Below are positions 36,814 through 47,679 of a stretch of 64,000 nt of DNA, piece by piece; the first letter of the stretch is position 1; each line of letters starts with the position of its first letter. The notes under the pieces were generated by a model. It made no database searches. It saw only the letters and a program-made list of their open reading frames with translations, and was not told the DNA's origin. The position numbers were made by a program, and so were the translations under genes. This stretch comes from an uncultured Planctomycetia bacterium. GTDB lineage: Bacteria > Omnitrophota > Gorgyraeia > CAYWPX01. The stretch lies in assembly GCA_964460615.1 (NCBI GenBank), contig CAYWPX010000010.1, positions 1,252 to 65,251 of the forward strand, in the 5' to 3' direction.

Positions 36814-37377
36814 TTATTTCTTTAGATAGGCTTTGATGATCCTTAGGTCGACCTTAGGTTTGTCATTTCTATCGGTGTCCATATTCTCTATTCTCTCCAC
36901 TACTTCATAGCCGGATACGACCTTGCCGAATATGGTGTGGCGCATATCGAGCCAGGGAGTCTTGGCAGTTGTGATAAAGAACTGGCTTCCGTTCGTATTA
37001 GGGCCGGAGTTCGCCATAGCAAGCATACCCGGAGAATCAAATTTCACGCTCTTTGATACTTCATCCCGGAACGGTTCACCCCAAATAGACTCCCCTCCGC
37101 AACCTGTCCCGGTCGGGTCCCCGCCCTGGATCATAAAACCTTTTATGACTCTATGAAATATTATGCCATTATAAAATCCCGTATCGGCCAGCTTTGAAAA
37201 ATTTTCACACGCCTTTGGGGCTACACCATCCAAAAGCTTCACTTCTATATTACCCAGATTTGTCTCCAACACCACCACCTTATCGTCCATAGCAGATACT
37301 CCTCTTATATTAGTGAAGCTTATCAATATTAAAATCAACACTGTTACTAAAAAATCCCGCTTTGTTACGGCAAACAT
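36814..37377 (-). CDS. Cyclophilin-type peptidyl-prolyl cis-trans isomerase (secreted)
   Basis: FHRVIKGFMIQGGD, GMLAMANSGPNTNGSQFFIT. Confidence 0.9.
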   Translation of the reverse strand: MFAVTKRDFLVTVLILILISFTNIRGVSAMDDKVVVLETNLGNIEVKLLDGVAPKACENFSKLADTGFYNGIIFHRVIKGFMIQGGDPTGTGCGGESIWGEPFRDEVSKSVKFDSPGMLAMANSGPNTNGSQFFITTAKTPWLDMRHTIFGKVVSGYEVVERIENMDTDRNDKPKVDLRIIKAYLKK

Positions 37378-37427
37378 ATAGTATTACCTTTAAAATTTTA
37401 GCGAAACAGTCAGTTGTTTTTGGCAGG

Positions 37428-39989
37428 TTAAATAACTTTTTTAAATAATTTCTTATTTATGAACTTCAAGCCTTCAAACCAGGCAAGGCTTGCCGCACCG
37501 CTCACTAATGCAATCATAACATCATCTACATGCAAAATTTCAAAATGGAACAGGTTCCTCAACTCTGGGACATATATAACCATTGATAAAGCTATCAATG
37601 CCGCGCCTACAACCCACATCAGCGCAGAATTTTTCTCTTTAACTATGCCGTTAAGGTTCTTTTCCCATGAAAGATTTGTCATTATCAGTATAAGGTTCGC
37701 AAATATCAGCGCTGCAAACGATAATGTGCGAGCCTCGAGATCGTTTTTACCTATATACAATGAGATGGTGAATATTGTAAAGACTACGACTAATATGCTT
37801 ACACCCTGAAGTAAACTATAGATAAAAGCTTTTTTATTAAATAACGACTCCATGAGGTTTCTTGGCGGATGCTTCATTATATCCTTTTCCTCAGGGCAGG
37901 CCTCAAACACCGTCGAGCATGCCGGATCAATGATAAGCTCCAGGAACGCTATATGAGCCGGAAGAAGCACTATGGGCATATTAAATAGGATAGGCAGAAA
38001 TGACATCCCTGCTATCGGAATATGGATTGCAAAGATATAAGCGATCGCTTTTTTTATATTATCATAAATCCTTCTGCCAAGTTTTACTGCGTGGACTATA
38101 GACGAAAAATCGTCGTTCAATAAAACCAAGGCCGAAGCTTCACGGGCGACATCAGTGCCTCTCTCGCCCATTGCAATACCGATATTTGCTGACTTAAGGG
38201 CCGGAGCGTCATTTACCCCGTCGCCTGTCATAGCTACGATTTCTCCGTTCGCTTTCAAGGCATTTACAATAGCGAGCTTCTGCTCAGGAACGACTCTGGC
38301 AAAAATATTTATTTTTTTTATTTTTTCTCTTAGCTCAGGATGATCCATCTTTTCCAGCTCCTGCCCTACGATGCACTCCTCCGGATTTTTTAAGCCTATC
38401 TCTTTGGCTATATGAATGGCTGTACCCGGATAATCGCCGGTTATCATAATAACCCTGATCCCGGCTTCATGCGCCTCCTTGATCGAGGCCGGCACAGTTG
38501 CCCTTACTGGATCCATAAAACCCAACAATCCTACAAATTCAAAATGAAAATCATGCTGAATGTCCGGGAGATCGGTTTTCTTGAATGACGCCTTTGCAAC
38601 ACCCAGAATCCTCAGTCCCCTCTTTGCCATATCTTCAATATTTTTTAATAGCTCATCCATCCTTAATTTATTAAAATGGCAGAGATCTGCTATGGCCTCA
38701 GGGGAACCCTTGGCGGCAATAATATAATTCTTCTTATCGGGAGATTCCCATACATGCGAAAGAGCCAAAAGCTCTTTTGAGAGCGGGTATTCTTTCACTA
38801 AACCCCAGTTATTATGTATATGCTCGGAACCCGAAAGATAAAACTCGCCTATCCTTTTAACCTCTTTTTCTATGGGGTCAAAAGGATCCTTCTGGCTGGC
38901 TAAAATGCCATACTCCATGATATTGTGAACTTCTTCAGGAAGAGCTTTAATATTTTTTGTATCGACATCGTAAAATTTGTTTTTTACGCAAAGGGTCACT
39001 AAATGCATCGCGTTTAAAGTAAGTGTTCCGGTCTTATCGGTGCAAAGGACAGTCGCAGCGCCAAGAGTCTCTATAGCAGGAGCTCGCCTTGTAAGAACCC
39101 GGCTTTTAGAGATCCTCCAGGCGCCTAAAGTAAGAAATATAACCAAAACTACCGGAAATTCCTCCGGCAGCATGGCCATGCTTAATGTTATACCTGCCAA
39201 TATGCCGTTTAACCAATTCCCCCTGGTTAAGCTGTAAATGATAACTACTAATATGCAAAGAATTATCCCCGCTATTGAAAAATTACGGACAATCTTTCCG
39301 GTTTCTTTTTTCAACAAAGTTTCTTCTTCTTTAATAGAGCTAAGGGCCTTGCCGATCTTCCCCATCTCAGTATGAGCACCGATACTAGTTACTTTGGCTA
39401 TACCCCTGCCTGATACGACAAGGGTCCCGGAATATACAAAAGGAAGGTCATCCCCTCCGGGCCGTTTGGCAGTTTCGCTTCCAATTGATTCTGATTTGCG
39501 TACGGGCATTGACTCGCCAGTAAGAAGGGATTCATCAATCGAAAGATTGGAGCAGGATAAAATTATGGCATCAGCCGGTACCCTGTCACCCTCACGAAGG
39601 ATCAGGATATCATCCATCACAACCTCGCGGCCCGCTATTCTCATCTGAAGGCCGTCGCGGATTACAAGAGCCCTTGGGCTGGATAAATCTCTCAGAGCCT
39701 CAAGAGTTCTTTCAGTCTTTCTCTCCTGGTAGAATGTGATGCCCACTACCACAAAAACGAATGACAAAAGCATCAAGGCGTCCTTCGGCTCACCCAAAAA
39801 AAAGTATATAAGACCGCTGCCGATAAGAAGAAGAAGCATAGGCTCTTTGACTACATTAAAAAATATAATGAAAGCGCTTCGCTTCTTCTGAGAAGGAATC
39901 TCGTTAAAACCGTGAATTTTCAGCCTCTCATTAACCTCCAGGCTTGAAAGACCCGTCGTATCTTTTAGGGAATTTTTGATTTTAGCCAT
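37428..39989 (-). CDS. Cation-transporting P-type ATPase (P2-type, Ca2+/Mg2+-like)
   Basis: CTDKTGTLT, MITGD, VAMTGDGVNDAPALK, 10 TM. Confidence 0.9.
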   Translation of the reverse strand: MAKIKNSLKDTTGLSSLEVNERLKIHGFNEIPSQKKRSAFIIFFNVVKEPMLLLLIGSGLIYFFLGEPKDALMLLSFVFVVVGITFYQERKTERTLEALRDLSSPRALVIRDGLQMRIAGREVVMDDILILREGDRVPADAIILSCSNLSIDESLLTGESMPVRKSESIGSETAKRPGGDDLPFVYSGTLVVSGRGIAKVTSIGAHTEMGKIGKALSSIKEEETLLKKETGKIVRNFSIAGIILCILVVIIYSLTRGNWLNGILAGITLSMAMLPEEFPVVLVIFLTLGAWRISKSRVLTRRAPAIETLGAATVLCTDKTGTLTLNAMHLVTLCVKNKFYDVDTKNIKALPEEVHNIMEYGILASQKDPFDPIEKEVKRIGEFYLSGSEHIHNNWGLVKEYPLSKELLALSHVWESPDKKNYIIAAKGSPEAIADLCHFNKLRMDELLKNIEDMAKRGLRILGVAKASFKKTDLPDIQHDFHFEFVGLLGFMDPVRATVPASIKEAHEAGIRVIMITGDYPGTAIHIAKEIGLKNPEECIVGQELEKMDHPELREKIKKINIFARVVPEQKLAIVNALKANGEIVAMTGDGVNDAPALKSANIGIAMGERGTDVAREASALVLLNDDFSSIVHAVKLGRRIYDNIKKAIAYIFAIHIPIAGMSFLPILFNMPIVLLPAHIAFLELIIDPACSTVFEACPEEKDIMKHPPRNLMESLFNKKAFIYSLLQGVSILVVVFTIFTISLYIGKNDLEARTLSFAALIFANLILIMTNLSWEKNLNGIVKEKNSALMWVVGAALIALSMVIYVPELRNLFHFEILHVDDVMIALVSGAASLAWFEGLKFINKKLFKKVI

Positions 39990-40276
39990 TTTGATATCTT
40001 ATAATATTTTGAACCTTATGAGTAGCTTAATAAGTAGAGATGCTAATTGATTATTTTAAAAAACAAAAAGAAGGCACTAGAGTTTTTACGCCTCCTACCA
40101 GTGGCTTTCTTAAAAAATTCTGCAGCTTTTATATAGCTACTGCTTAAGTAAATTCAACCGGAAAAAATAACATATTTATCTAAAATTTTATGCTAACTTT
40201 TTTAAGATCACTTCTTGCTTTGTTATAAAGGCAAATTCCGGTTCAATGATAGCGCAATCTGAATTATACCCATTAT

Positions 40277-40633
40277 CTACTTGGAGGCCTTAAGCTTATT
40301 CAACACCTCTTCGATCTTATTTAAATTAACCGGTTTTGTAAGAAATTCATTAGCACCTAACATCTTTGAAAAATCCTCTCCGATAAACGGGTATCCTGTG
40401 AGTATGAGCGTTTTTACATTTAGCTTGTTCTTCTTTATATACTCCACAATCTCCAAACCCGACAACCCCGGCATATTTTCATCTAAAATAGCTATATCAA
40501 AGTTGGTTTTTTTTATCTGGTCCAGAGCATCCTTGCCATCATAAACGATAGTGGTCTCATGGCCAATCTTATCCAGAAAATTCTTTAACATCTCTGTAAT
40601 CTTTTTTTCATCATCGGCAACAATTATTTTCAT
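40277..40633 (-). CDS. Response regulator, receiver domain only
   Basis: DD…D…K receiver pattern, 118 aa, no output domain. Confidence 0.8.
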   Translation of the reverse strand: MKIIVADDEKKITEMLKNFLDKIGHETTIVYDGKDALDQIKKTNFDIAILDENMPGLSGLEIVEYIKKNKLNVKTLILTGYPFIGEDFSKMLGANEFLTKPVNLNKIEEVLNKLKASK

Positions 40634-40666
40634 GTTTTTTTCTCCTTTAATATCTATTAGGGCCTT

Positions 40667-43600
40667 TTATTTAATGGGAAGTTTTATATTTACTGTTGTC
40701 CCGACACCCACTTCGCTTTCATACCGCATCTCACCGCCATGATTTCTGATAATACCGTATGATACAGGCAAACCTAACCCGGTACCGGTCTCCTTGGTTG
40801 AAAAAAATGGTTCAAAGATCCTTGCGAGATTCGCCGAAGATATTCCCTCTCCATTATCGCGAAATTTTAACACAATATAATCGCCTTCCCGCGCAGTTGA
40901 GATTGTAATAACCCCATTTTTGGATATCGCATCCTTGGCATTTGTAATAAGGTTCATAAATACTTCTTCAAGCTGTTTTTCGTCGCCGTTTATAAGCGGG
41001 ATAGACCTGTCATACTCCTTCACAATATCTATATTATCAGCCTTAAAATGCCGGCTTAAAAGGTCTGTTATATGGTCGATACAATCATTTATATCAAATT
41101 TTTTAATTTCTTTCTTTCCGGGTTTTGAATATGATAGAAGTCTCTCTATGATATATTTTGTCCTCTTGGTCTCATCAACAATATCCTTTAGGTAACTTTC
41201 CACTTTTTTATTATCGATCTTTTCCATTAAAGACATTTGAGCGGCGCCGGAGATTATCATTAGAGGGTTATTGATCTCATGAGCCATGGCCGCCACAAGA
41301 TGGCCCAGCTGTGACAAACGGCGTGCTTCTTCAATTTTTTTGCGCTCGGTAACGTCATTATATATCGATACTATCTCTCCTGTAGGAAGTTTATAGACAA
41401 AATTTTCCCTCCAGCCTGATACTCTGTTATCTTTATATAGTTCAGTTGGGCACTCCTCCGGAACACCTGTCTTATAAACTCTTCTGAAACAATTAAATAA
41501 CTGCATCTCTTTAATCCCCGGGAAAACTTCGAGAACGCTTCTATTTATAATGCTTTCTCTTTTAATATTTTCGATTTTTTCTGCTGCTCTGTTAAAATCC
41601 TGAATTATGAAATCCTGGCCGTCATTCATGACCTTATAGACGGCAACACCGCTACTCATGTTGTTAAAAAGCTCTTTGAATTTTTTTTCGCTGTTCCTTA
41701 TAAGATCTTCGGCTTTTTTATGTTCGGTGCGGTCAAATATATAGTGAACGTAAAGATCTGCCGAAAAGGGCATCCACCTGCCCTCATAATATCTTCCGTT
41801 ATATTCAACATCAATCTTTTGTGGTTCATTTGTCTTCCATAATTCAGGAGCCAGGCAAAACGGGCATGGGTCCCGTCGATCTGCGCAAGTCTCAAAACAT
41901 TTCTTGCCCGGAATAGCGCCTATTTTTCTTGCTGCTTCATTGGAAAAAACAATCTCTCTTGTGTCTTTTTTAAGTATCATGGCAATACATGGAAGGTTTT
42001 CTAATAAGATATTGCGCATGTTGACTTCTGATTTCAATTCATCTTCAATTTTTTTCCTCTCAGTAATATCACGGGCAGAGGCATAGATGGTATTTCCTAC
42101 CGGAACCGAACGCCATTCGATCCAGCGATAACTACCGTCCTTACGGCGATAACGGTTTACAAAATTAAGGATTGTTTTTTGATCGGATAGCATTGCCATA
42201 GCCTTAACCGTAGAGTCGACATCATCGGGATGTACCAGATCTAAAAAAAGCCTACCCTCCAACTCCTTAAGCGTATAACCAAGAGCCATTTCCCATTCAG
42301 GATTCAGTTTAAGAAAATGCCCGTCCGTATCGGCGATACAAAGGAGATCCAAAGCAGAATTAAAAAAATGGCCTATCTCTTCTCTGCTTTTTTTTGCTAT
42401 GCCCTCGGCAATTTTACGCTGAGTAATATCATGCATTGTAACAAAAACCTGATATGGTGTTTTTTCTTTTTCTTTAAATAGCGGTATCGCATTAACATTA
42501 ATCCATCTATATGCATTGGATCTTGGATTATAAATACCGATCATGCGATCCCTTACCGGCTCTCCTTCGCGCAGCGCAATTACTGAAGGATGATCATCAC
42601 TCGGTATCGGATTTCCGTTCAGGTCTACTACTTTCCACTCCGGACTAATCGAAGTCCTTCGCAGGAACTCTTCCCTTGTCAAGCCAAACATTTCAAGCGC
42701 AGAGGCGTTGATATCCACCAACACACCGCTTCGATCCTGATAAAAAACGCCTTCAGCCATATTCTGGAAAAGCGTACGATATTTTTCTGAACTTTCTATT
42801 AGTTTCTGGTCTGTTGCCAGGCGCTTCAACTCTAACTTATTAACCAACAGGCTGAACGCATAAATAAAAGCAAAAATTACGCTCATATTCAAAATCGCTA
42901 CCAGCGCAACGCCGAATTTGTCGCTGATAAGGCCAGATTCCTGTGATGTTATCTTTAGCCAACCAAAAAAAAGCGGAATTACGATTACTATTGGCCCAAG
43001 CCTTCTTATTATAAATCCGCCAAGGCTATCGCTTGAAACCAGCTTCATTAAACCATCTTTGGGCCTTAAAAATAAAATCCCCAAACCGGACAAAATAAAT
43101 AGAATAGCAGTATGGATCGCCATTACAAAACTTAAATTGGGTTTGACATAAAAAAATTCTATTCCGTAAAAATATCTAAGAGTCGATAGGATTGAAATCA
43201 GGATAACTCCGAGAGCGCATACCTGCCTAATGTATGTAAATATGGAATTTCTTAAATTGTTAGATAGAATAATCAAACCTAAAATACAAAATAGTATTGA
43301 AGAGTTAAATGCCATCCTCCCGGAACTTGATGCATTAATAGATATTTGTGATTCTTTAAAAAGCAACTGGTCTATTTTAAAATCTAATCCGTAAATATAT
43401 TCCAAAAATACCAGAAATCCTATCGAAAATATCAAAAAGGCAAATATTTTAGATATAGAGTGACCGATATTATTTTTGGACCTTTTATTGTGTTCTAAGG
43501 ATAACGATAACCCAACGAGGATAAAACATACCGCGGTGCTGGCCTTCATAGTAACCCAGTTCGGGAAGACGCTTTTTAAAACTCCGATATCAAAAATCCA

Positions 43601-43702
43601 TCCGAAAAATACAGCTGTTCCGGATAAAAATATAATTACGCTGATAGCTGATGAAATATTCTCAAAAAAAATATTAATCCTATCCTTAGACTCTATCGCC
43701 AT
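40667..43702 (-). CDS. Multi-PAS sensor histidine kinase with N-terminal polytopic membrane sensor region
   Basis: H-box HEINNPL, HATPase N/G boxes (NLITNAKDA, GTGLGL), several PAS-like blocks. Confidence 0.85.
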   Translation of the reverse strand: MAIESKDRINIFFENISSAISVIIFLSGTAVFFGWIFDIGVLKSVFPNWVTMKASTAVCFILVGLSLSLEHNKRSKNNIGHSISKIFAFLIFSIGFLVFLEYIYGLDFKIDQLLFKESQISINASSSGRMAFNSSILFCILGLIILSNNLRNSIFTYIRQVCALGVILISILSTLRYFYGIEFFYVKPNLSFVMAIHTAILFILSGLGILFLRPKDGLMKLVSSDSLGGFIIRRLGPIVIVIPLFFGWLKITSQESGLISDKFGVALVAILNMSVIFAFIYAFSLLVNKLELKRLATDQKLIESSEKYRTLFQNMAEGVFYQDRSGVLVDINASALEMFGLTREEFLRRTSISPEWKVVDLNGNPIPSDDHPSVIALREGEPVRDRMIGIYNPRSNAYRWINVNAIPLFKEKEKTPYQVFVTMHDITQRKIAEGIAKKSREEIGHFFNSALDLLCIADTDGHFLKLNPEWEMALGYTLKELEGRLFLDLVHPDDVDSTVKAMAMLSDQKTILNFVNRYRRKDGSYRWIEWRSVPVGNTIYASARDITERKKIEDELKSEVNMRNILLENLPCIAMILKKDTREIVFSNEAARKIGAIPGKKCFETCADRRDPCPFCLAPELWKTNEPQKIDVEYNGRYYEGRWMPFSADLYVHYIFDRTEHKKAEDLIRNSEKKFKELFNNMSSGVAVYKVMNDGQDFIIQDFNRAAEKIENIKRESIINRSVLEVFPGIKEMQLFNCFRRVYKTGVPEECPTELYKDNRVSGWRENFVYKLPTGEIVSIYNDVTERKKIEEARRLSQLGHLVAAMAHEINNPLMIISGAAQMSLMEKIDNKKVESYLKDIVDETKRTKYIIERLLSYSKPGKKEIKKFDINDCIDHITDLLSRHFKADNIDIVKEYDRSIPLINGDEKQLEEVFMNLITNAKDAISKNGVITISTAREGDYIVLKFRDNGEGISSANLARIFEPFFSTKETGTGLGLPVSYGIIRNHGGEMRYESEVGVGTTVNIKLPIK

Positions 43703-43739
43703 TTAATTCCCCTGATCTATTTGGTTAAAAGACCTTGTT

Positions 43740-44096
43740 TTATATATACTTCTCAACCTTCTCGTACAATTCAACATGATCAATGGGCTTTGTAATATAA
43801 TCAATTCCACCGCATTCTTTGGATTTTTCAAGGATATTCTCAATACTTGCTGTAGTAAGGATAATAGGAATATCTTTTGAAATTTTTTCTTTGATCTTTT
43901 CTGATACCTCACAAGCATCGAGATCCGGAAGCCTATAATCAAGGATAATTAGATCGGGCTTAAACTCATCGGCCGCCTTAAGCCCTTCGAGCCCGTTTTG
44001 GGCCGTAACAACATCATATCCTTTTGCCTTAAGGCGGTACACAAGCATCTTAGAGACCATAACCTCATCATCTATAATAAGAATCCTTTTAGACAT
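43740..44096 (-). CDS. Response regulator, receiver domain only
   Basis: ILIIDDE…LIILDYRLPDLD…K pattern. Confidence 0.8.
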   Translation of the reverse strand: MSKRILIIDDEVMVSKMLVYRLKAKGYDVVTAQNGLEGLKAADEFKPDLIILDYRLPDLDACEVSEKIKEKISKDIPIILTTASIENILEKSKECGGIDYITKPIDHVELYEKVEKYI

Positions 44097-44117
44097 TAAT
44101 ACCCTCTCTCCTCTTAT

Positions 44118-46991
44118 CTATAAAGGCAGTACAAAATGGAACTCTGAACCCTTACCTGACGGCGAGGCAGGCCCGCCTGACGGCGAGGCAGGCCCGCCTG
44201 ACGGCGAGGCAGGCATTGATTCAGCCCATATTTTACCTTTGTGCTGATCTATGATCTCTTTACATATCGCCAGCCCCAAGCCGGTCCCGGACGTTCTTTT
44301 TTCTCTCGTTGTATCAAGCTGTTGAAAGCTCTGAAATAATTTGCCCATGTCATTAGGACTTATCCCCGGCCCGGTATCCTTGACTATTACATGGATCGAA
44401 TCCGGATCTTTTTTTGCTATTATTTTGATACTCCCTTTATCTGTAAATTTGGCGGCATTATTTACTAGATTCGTAAGAACCTGAGTAATCCTATCTTTAT
44501 CAAATTTGAATATTGGCAGGCCATCCTCAACTTCTTTCTCTAAAATAAGCCCTTTTTCTTTAGCCACCAAGTACATAGACTTAGAGACTTCGTTTATTAC
44601 TGAGTATATATCATTTTCTATGATCTCAAACTGCATCTTTCCTGATTTAAGTTTTTGGAAATCAAGCACATTATTAACCAGCCGATTAAGCCTGTCAGCG
44701 CTGTGCCTAACCGTACTCAAAAGATCTCTCTGCTCTTCATTTATATCGCCCGTTAACCCGTCCAGAATAATGCTTACGCCTTCTTTTATAGGCGTGAGAG
44801 GAGTCCTTAACTCATGCGACACCATAGATATAAAATCTTCTTTTAGCGCCACAACTTTTTTCAGCTCATCTTCAGCCTTTTTGAATAAAGTAACATCTCT
44901 CACAGTAGCTTGCAGCAATATCCGGTCCGCGATCTTAATTTTTGAGAGAAGTACTGTCGCCGGAAAAACCCTCCCGTCGATAGTTTTATGGATCCATTCA
45001 AAATAATGCGAGCCTTTCTGAAGAGCTATAAATATCATCTTCTTTGCCTTGATCTCCGACAAAATACCATCCGGCTGATATTCAGGAGAAAGGATTGCCG
45101 GGCTCGTTTTGGCGAATTCTTTTTCATCTGCGATATTAAATAATTTAAGGGTGGCAGGATTAGCTTCGATAAAATTATCGTCAGGGTCAAGAATCATAAT
45201 AGCATCCGAAGAAGAATTATATAGAGTTTTATATTTGGCTTCGCTTTCCAGAATCGCATCTTCAAGTTTTTTGCGATCAGTAATATCCCTGCAAACGCCC
45301 ATAATACCCTTAAATTCTTTGTTCGTCGAAAAAACCGCAGCTGCGCTTACGTCTACCCAAAATGTAGAGCCATCTTTGCCCAAAACTTCAAGCTCAAAAC
45401 GTTCTATAAGATTTATTTTTTTGTCTTTTACCCTTTGCATAATATCATTAAAAATATTTTGGGCGGCAATTTTTGAGGAAGGGGTTAATACATTTTCAAA
45501 AGTACTGCTACCCTCAAACTCGGGGGCAAAACCTATTTGACGCCTTGTGGAAGGGCTTGTATAGATAAATTTACCGGATGAATCAAGTATCCAGACCATA
45601 TCATTGGCATTATCGGCAAGCAAGCGGTATCTTTCCTCGCTCTGACGCAATTTTTCCGAGTCAATGATCCTGATCTGAGAAACAACAAAATATATGCTGA
45701 ATATTACAAAAACAAAAATAACTACAACAATACCATAGATCCGGAAGCCATAAACATAGTGATCCCATAGTTTCTTGGATATATCTATACCCAGAACCGC
45801 TATGATTTTTTCTGTACCAAAGCTTCTTATCGGCACAAAAGCCGAAAACCATTCCCCCCATTCATCCTTATACGGCCCGGCAACAACCTCCTTACCGTTT
45901 TTAAAAGTATCCAACAGAACTATCGGATAATTTTTATAAATATCCCCCGGTTTAGCATAATCTTTAGAGCTTTCCGGCTCGGCATCTACATAGAAAAAGA
46001 CCTCTTTATCCCTTATGCCCATAAGATAAACAAATTTCTGGTTTAATCTGGCGTGGCGGATATGAGTCAACTGCTCTTTAAGCCTAATAAAATCATCTGT
46101 AGTTTTATCAGCCTCGGTTCCGGTAAGCGTAAGTATACGACGGGGATTGACCGCTGACGAAGCAATGCGCGTATTTATCAATAAACTGTTACTGTACTCA
46201 TTTTTAGCATAAATACCTATCTCTTCCGTAATAACCCATCCAAAAAATAAAATCGACAAGAAAACCACTACTACAATATACTTTTTACTTATGTTATTTC
46301 CGCTAACAGGCAATATGTCCGTTGACCTGAAATAAAACCAGAGCACGACCGCCGCCAGAATACTGAGCACGGCCCTAAAAAGCTGTATCGGAACTCCTGT
46401 AAAATCTTTGAAGGTTTGAATATTAATAAAATACGCCGGAGCAAATTTTCCTACGGGAACGATCATCTGGGTAAAAGCATATAATATAATGATAAGCCCC
46501 AAATAAATAAAAAGCTTGTCTACCTGTTTGCCGGATTTGACGGCCTTGGGACGCGTCGCTATGGCCGCTCCTGCCCATACACCGCCAAGAACTCCAAAAA
46601 AATAACGCGAAAAAATATTTACGCCGGTTGCTCCTTCTATTACCCAGCCAAACGCCAATATAAGAACCATCGGAACATAGATCCATCTTCCGAAAAACTT
46701 GCCTGACCTTGCTTGCTGGCTACTCCGTCCAAGCTCAAATAGGCACATAAAAGAAGCTGCCAAGAAAAAAAGCCGGATATTTTTGAATATATCACTATCG
46801 CCGATACTAACGCTGAACATATCAAGCCATTCATTAATACCGTGCAAAAAACCAAAGAGCCCGAGCCATTTCCAGATAGGTTCGTTTTTTTGTGATTTAT
46901 ATAAAAAAAACGAAGCTATGGATAATATAAAAAATCCCAGGCCATAGACAAAAAATATATAATCCATCTGTTCAGCAAAAAAATCACTCAT
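44118..46991 (-). CDS. Membrane-bound sensor histidine kinase (TM N-terminus, extracytoplasmic sensor, PAS, HisKA, HATPase) with a C-terminal GGPASPS x3 insertion
   Basis: H-box SHELRTPL, N box LTNLVNNAAKFT, G boxes DTGPGI / GTGLGL. Confidence 0.85.
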   Translation of the reverse strand: MSDFFAEQMDYIFFVYGLGFFILSIASFFLYKSQKNEPIWKWLGLFGFLHGINEWLDMFSVSIGDSDIFKNIRLFFLAASFMCLFELGRSSQQARSGKFFGRWIYVPMVLILAFGWVIEGATGVNIFSRYFFGVLGGVWAGAAIATRPKAVKSGKQVDKLFIYLGLIIILYAFTQMIVPVGKFAPAYFINIQTFKDFTGVPIQLFRAVLSILAAVVLWFYFRSTDILPVSGNNISKKYIVVVVFLSILFFGWVITEEIGIYAKNEYSNSLLINTRIASSAVNPRRILTLTGTEADKTTDDFIRLKEQLTHIRHARLNQKFVYLMGIRDKEVFFYVDAEPESSKDYAKPGDIYKNYPIVLLDTFKNGKEVVAGPYKDEWGEWFSAFVPIRSFGTEKIIAVLGIDISKKLWDHYVYGFRIYGIVVVIFVFVIFSIYFVVSQIRIIDSEKLRQSEERYRLLADNANDMVWILDSSGKFIYTSPSTRRQIGFAPEFEGSSTFENVLTPSSKIAAQNIFNDIMQRVKDKKINLIERFELEVLGKDGSTFWVDVSAAAVFSTNKEFKGIMGVCRDITDRKKLEDAILESEAKYKTLYNSSSDAIMILDPDDNFIEANPATLKLFNIADEKEFAKTSPAILSPEYQPDGILSEIKAKKMIFIALQKGSHYFEWIHKTIDGRVFPATVLLSKIKIADRILLQATVRDVTLFKKAEDELKKVVALKEDFISMVSHELRTPLTPIKEGVSIILDGLTGDINEEQRDLLSTVRHSADRLNRLVNNVLDFQKLKSGKMQFEIIENDIYSVINEVSKSMYLVAKEKGLILEKEVEDGLPIFKFDKDRITQVLTNLVNNAAKFTDKGSIKIIAKKDPDSIHVIVKDTGPGISPNDMGKLFQSFQQLDTTREKRTSGTGLGLAICKEIIDQHKGKIWAESMPASPSGGPASPSGGPASPSGKGSEFHFVLPL
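44153..44212. repeat. 21-bp tandem repeat x~3 (CCTGACGGCGAGGCAGGCCCG) inside the kinase coding sequence, encoding PASPSGG repeats
   Basis: Read directly; the unit shares GAGGCAGGCCCGCCTG with the intergenic GC-rich palindromic element at 8509-8530. Confidence 0.7.
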
Positions 46992-47036
46992 TGAACCGTC
47001 CTTTTGTAAACCGAAGATTATAACCTGATTCTAAAA

Positions 47037-47567
47037 TTAACTTTGCTTCTTAAAAAAAATCTTTCTTAAATTTTCCTTTCCTATCCCCTTAACCAGTTCC
47101 TGAAAAATAACAAAAATAAATAAAAGCACGAAGAGCCACACCTGAACCGTCCAGAATTTAGCCCACCAGACCTCACTGATCATATGGTCATAGGCCACTC
47201 CGAGGTCCTTATATTTTAACAAAAAAGGGATAAGGTGTTCTAATGTCCTTATAATAAAGGCTATTATAAAATACAGCGTTGTCTTCCAAACGGTGTTATA
47301 AATGAGAGGCCTTTGGGAGAACATATTAAAAAAAGGCATATTATTTGTTATAAACATAACCTTGCCGATGATGATCGCTGCAATGATGGACCTGGCAAAT
47401 GTAACAAGCTCGATCCCTCTATCAAGAAGCATCCATCCGAATGTAAGCTTAAAAAGATTGATGATCACAAAAAAATATATAACCGCCGGGAGTATCTTAA
47501 GAGTCTCTTCTTTTGCCCACTTTATGATTTTTTTCACCATAGCACCCAAAAAAAATCCAAGCAACAA
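47037..47567 (-). CDS. Hypothetical polytopic membrane protein
   Basis: Four hydrophobic segments; no recognised motif. Confidence 0.4.
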   Translation of the reverse strand: MLLGFFLGAMVKKIIKWAKEETLKILPAVIYFFVIINLFKLTFGWMLLDRGIELVTFARSIIAAIIIGKVMFITNNMPFFNMFSQRPLIYNTVWKTTLYFIIAFIIRTLEHLIPFLLKYKDLGVAYDHMISEVWWAKFWTVQVWLFVLLFIFVIFQELVKGIGKENLRKIFFKKQS

Positions 47568-47679
47568 TTTATTGCTTGGAACTATATTGAATTTAAGAGC
47601 TAAACATTTTGCCGCCCTCTATATGTTTATAATTAGTATACTATATGGCCATTTTAACATCAAGCTATTTTATGCTAAA

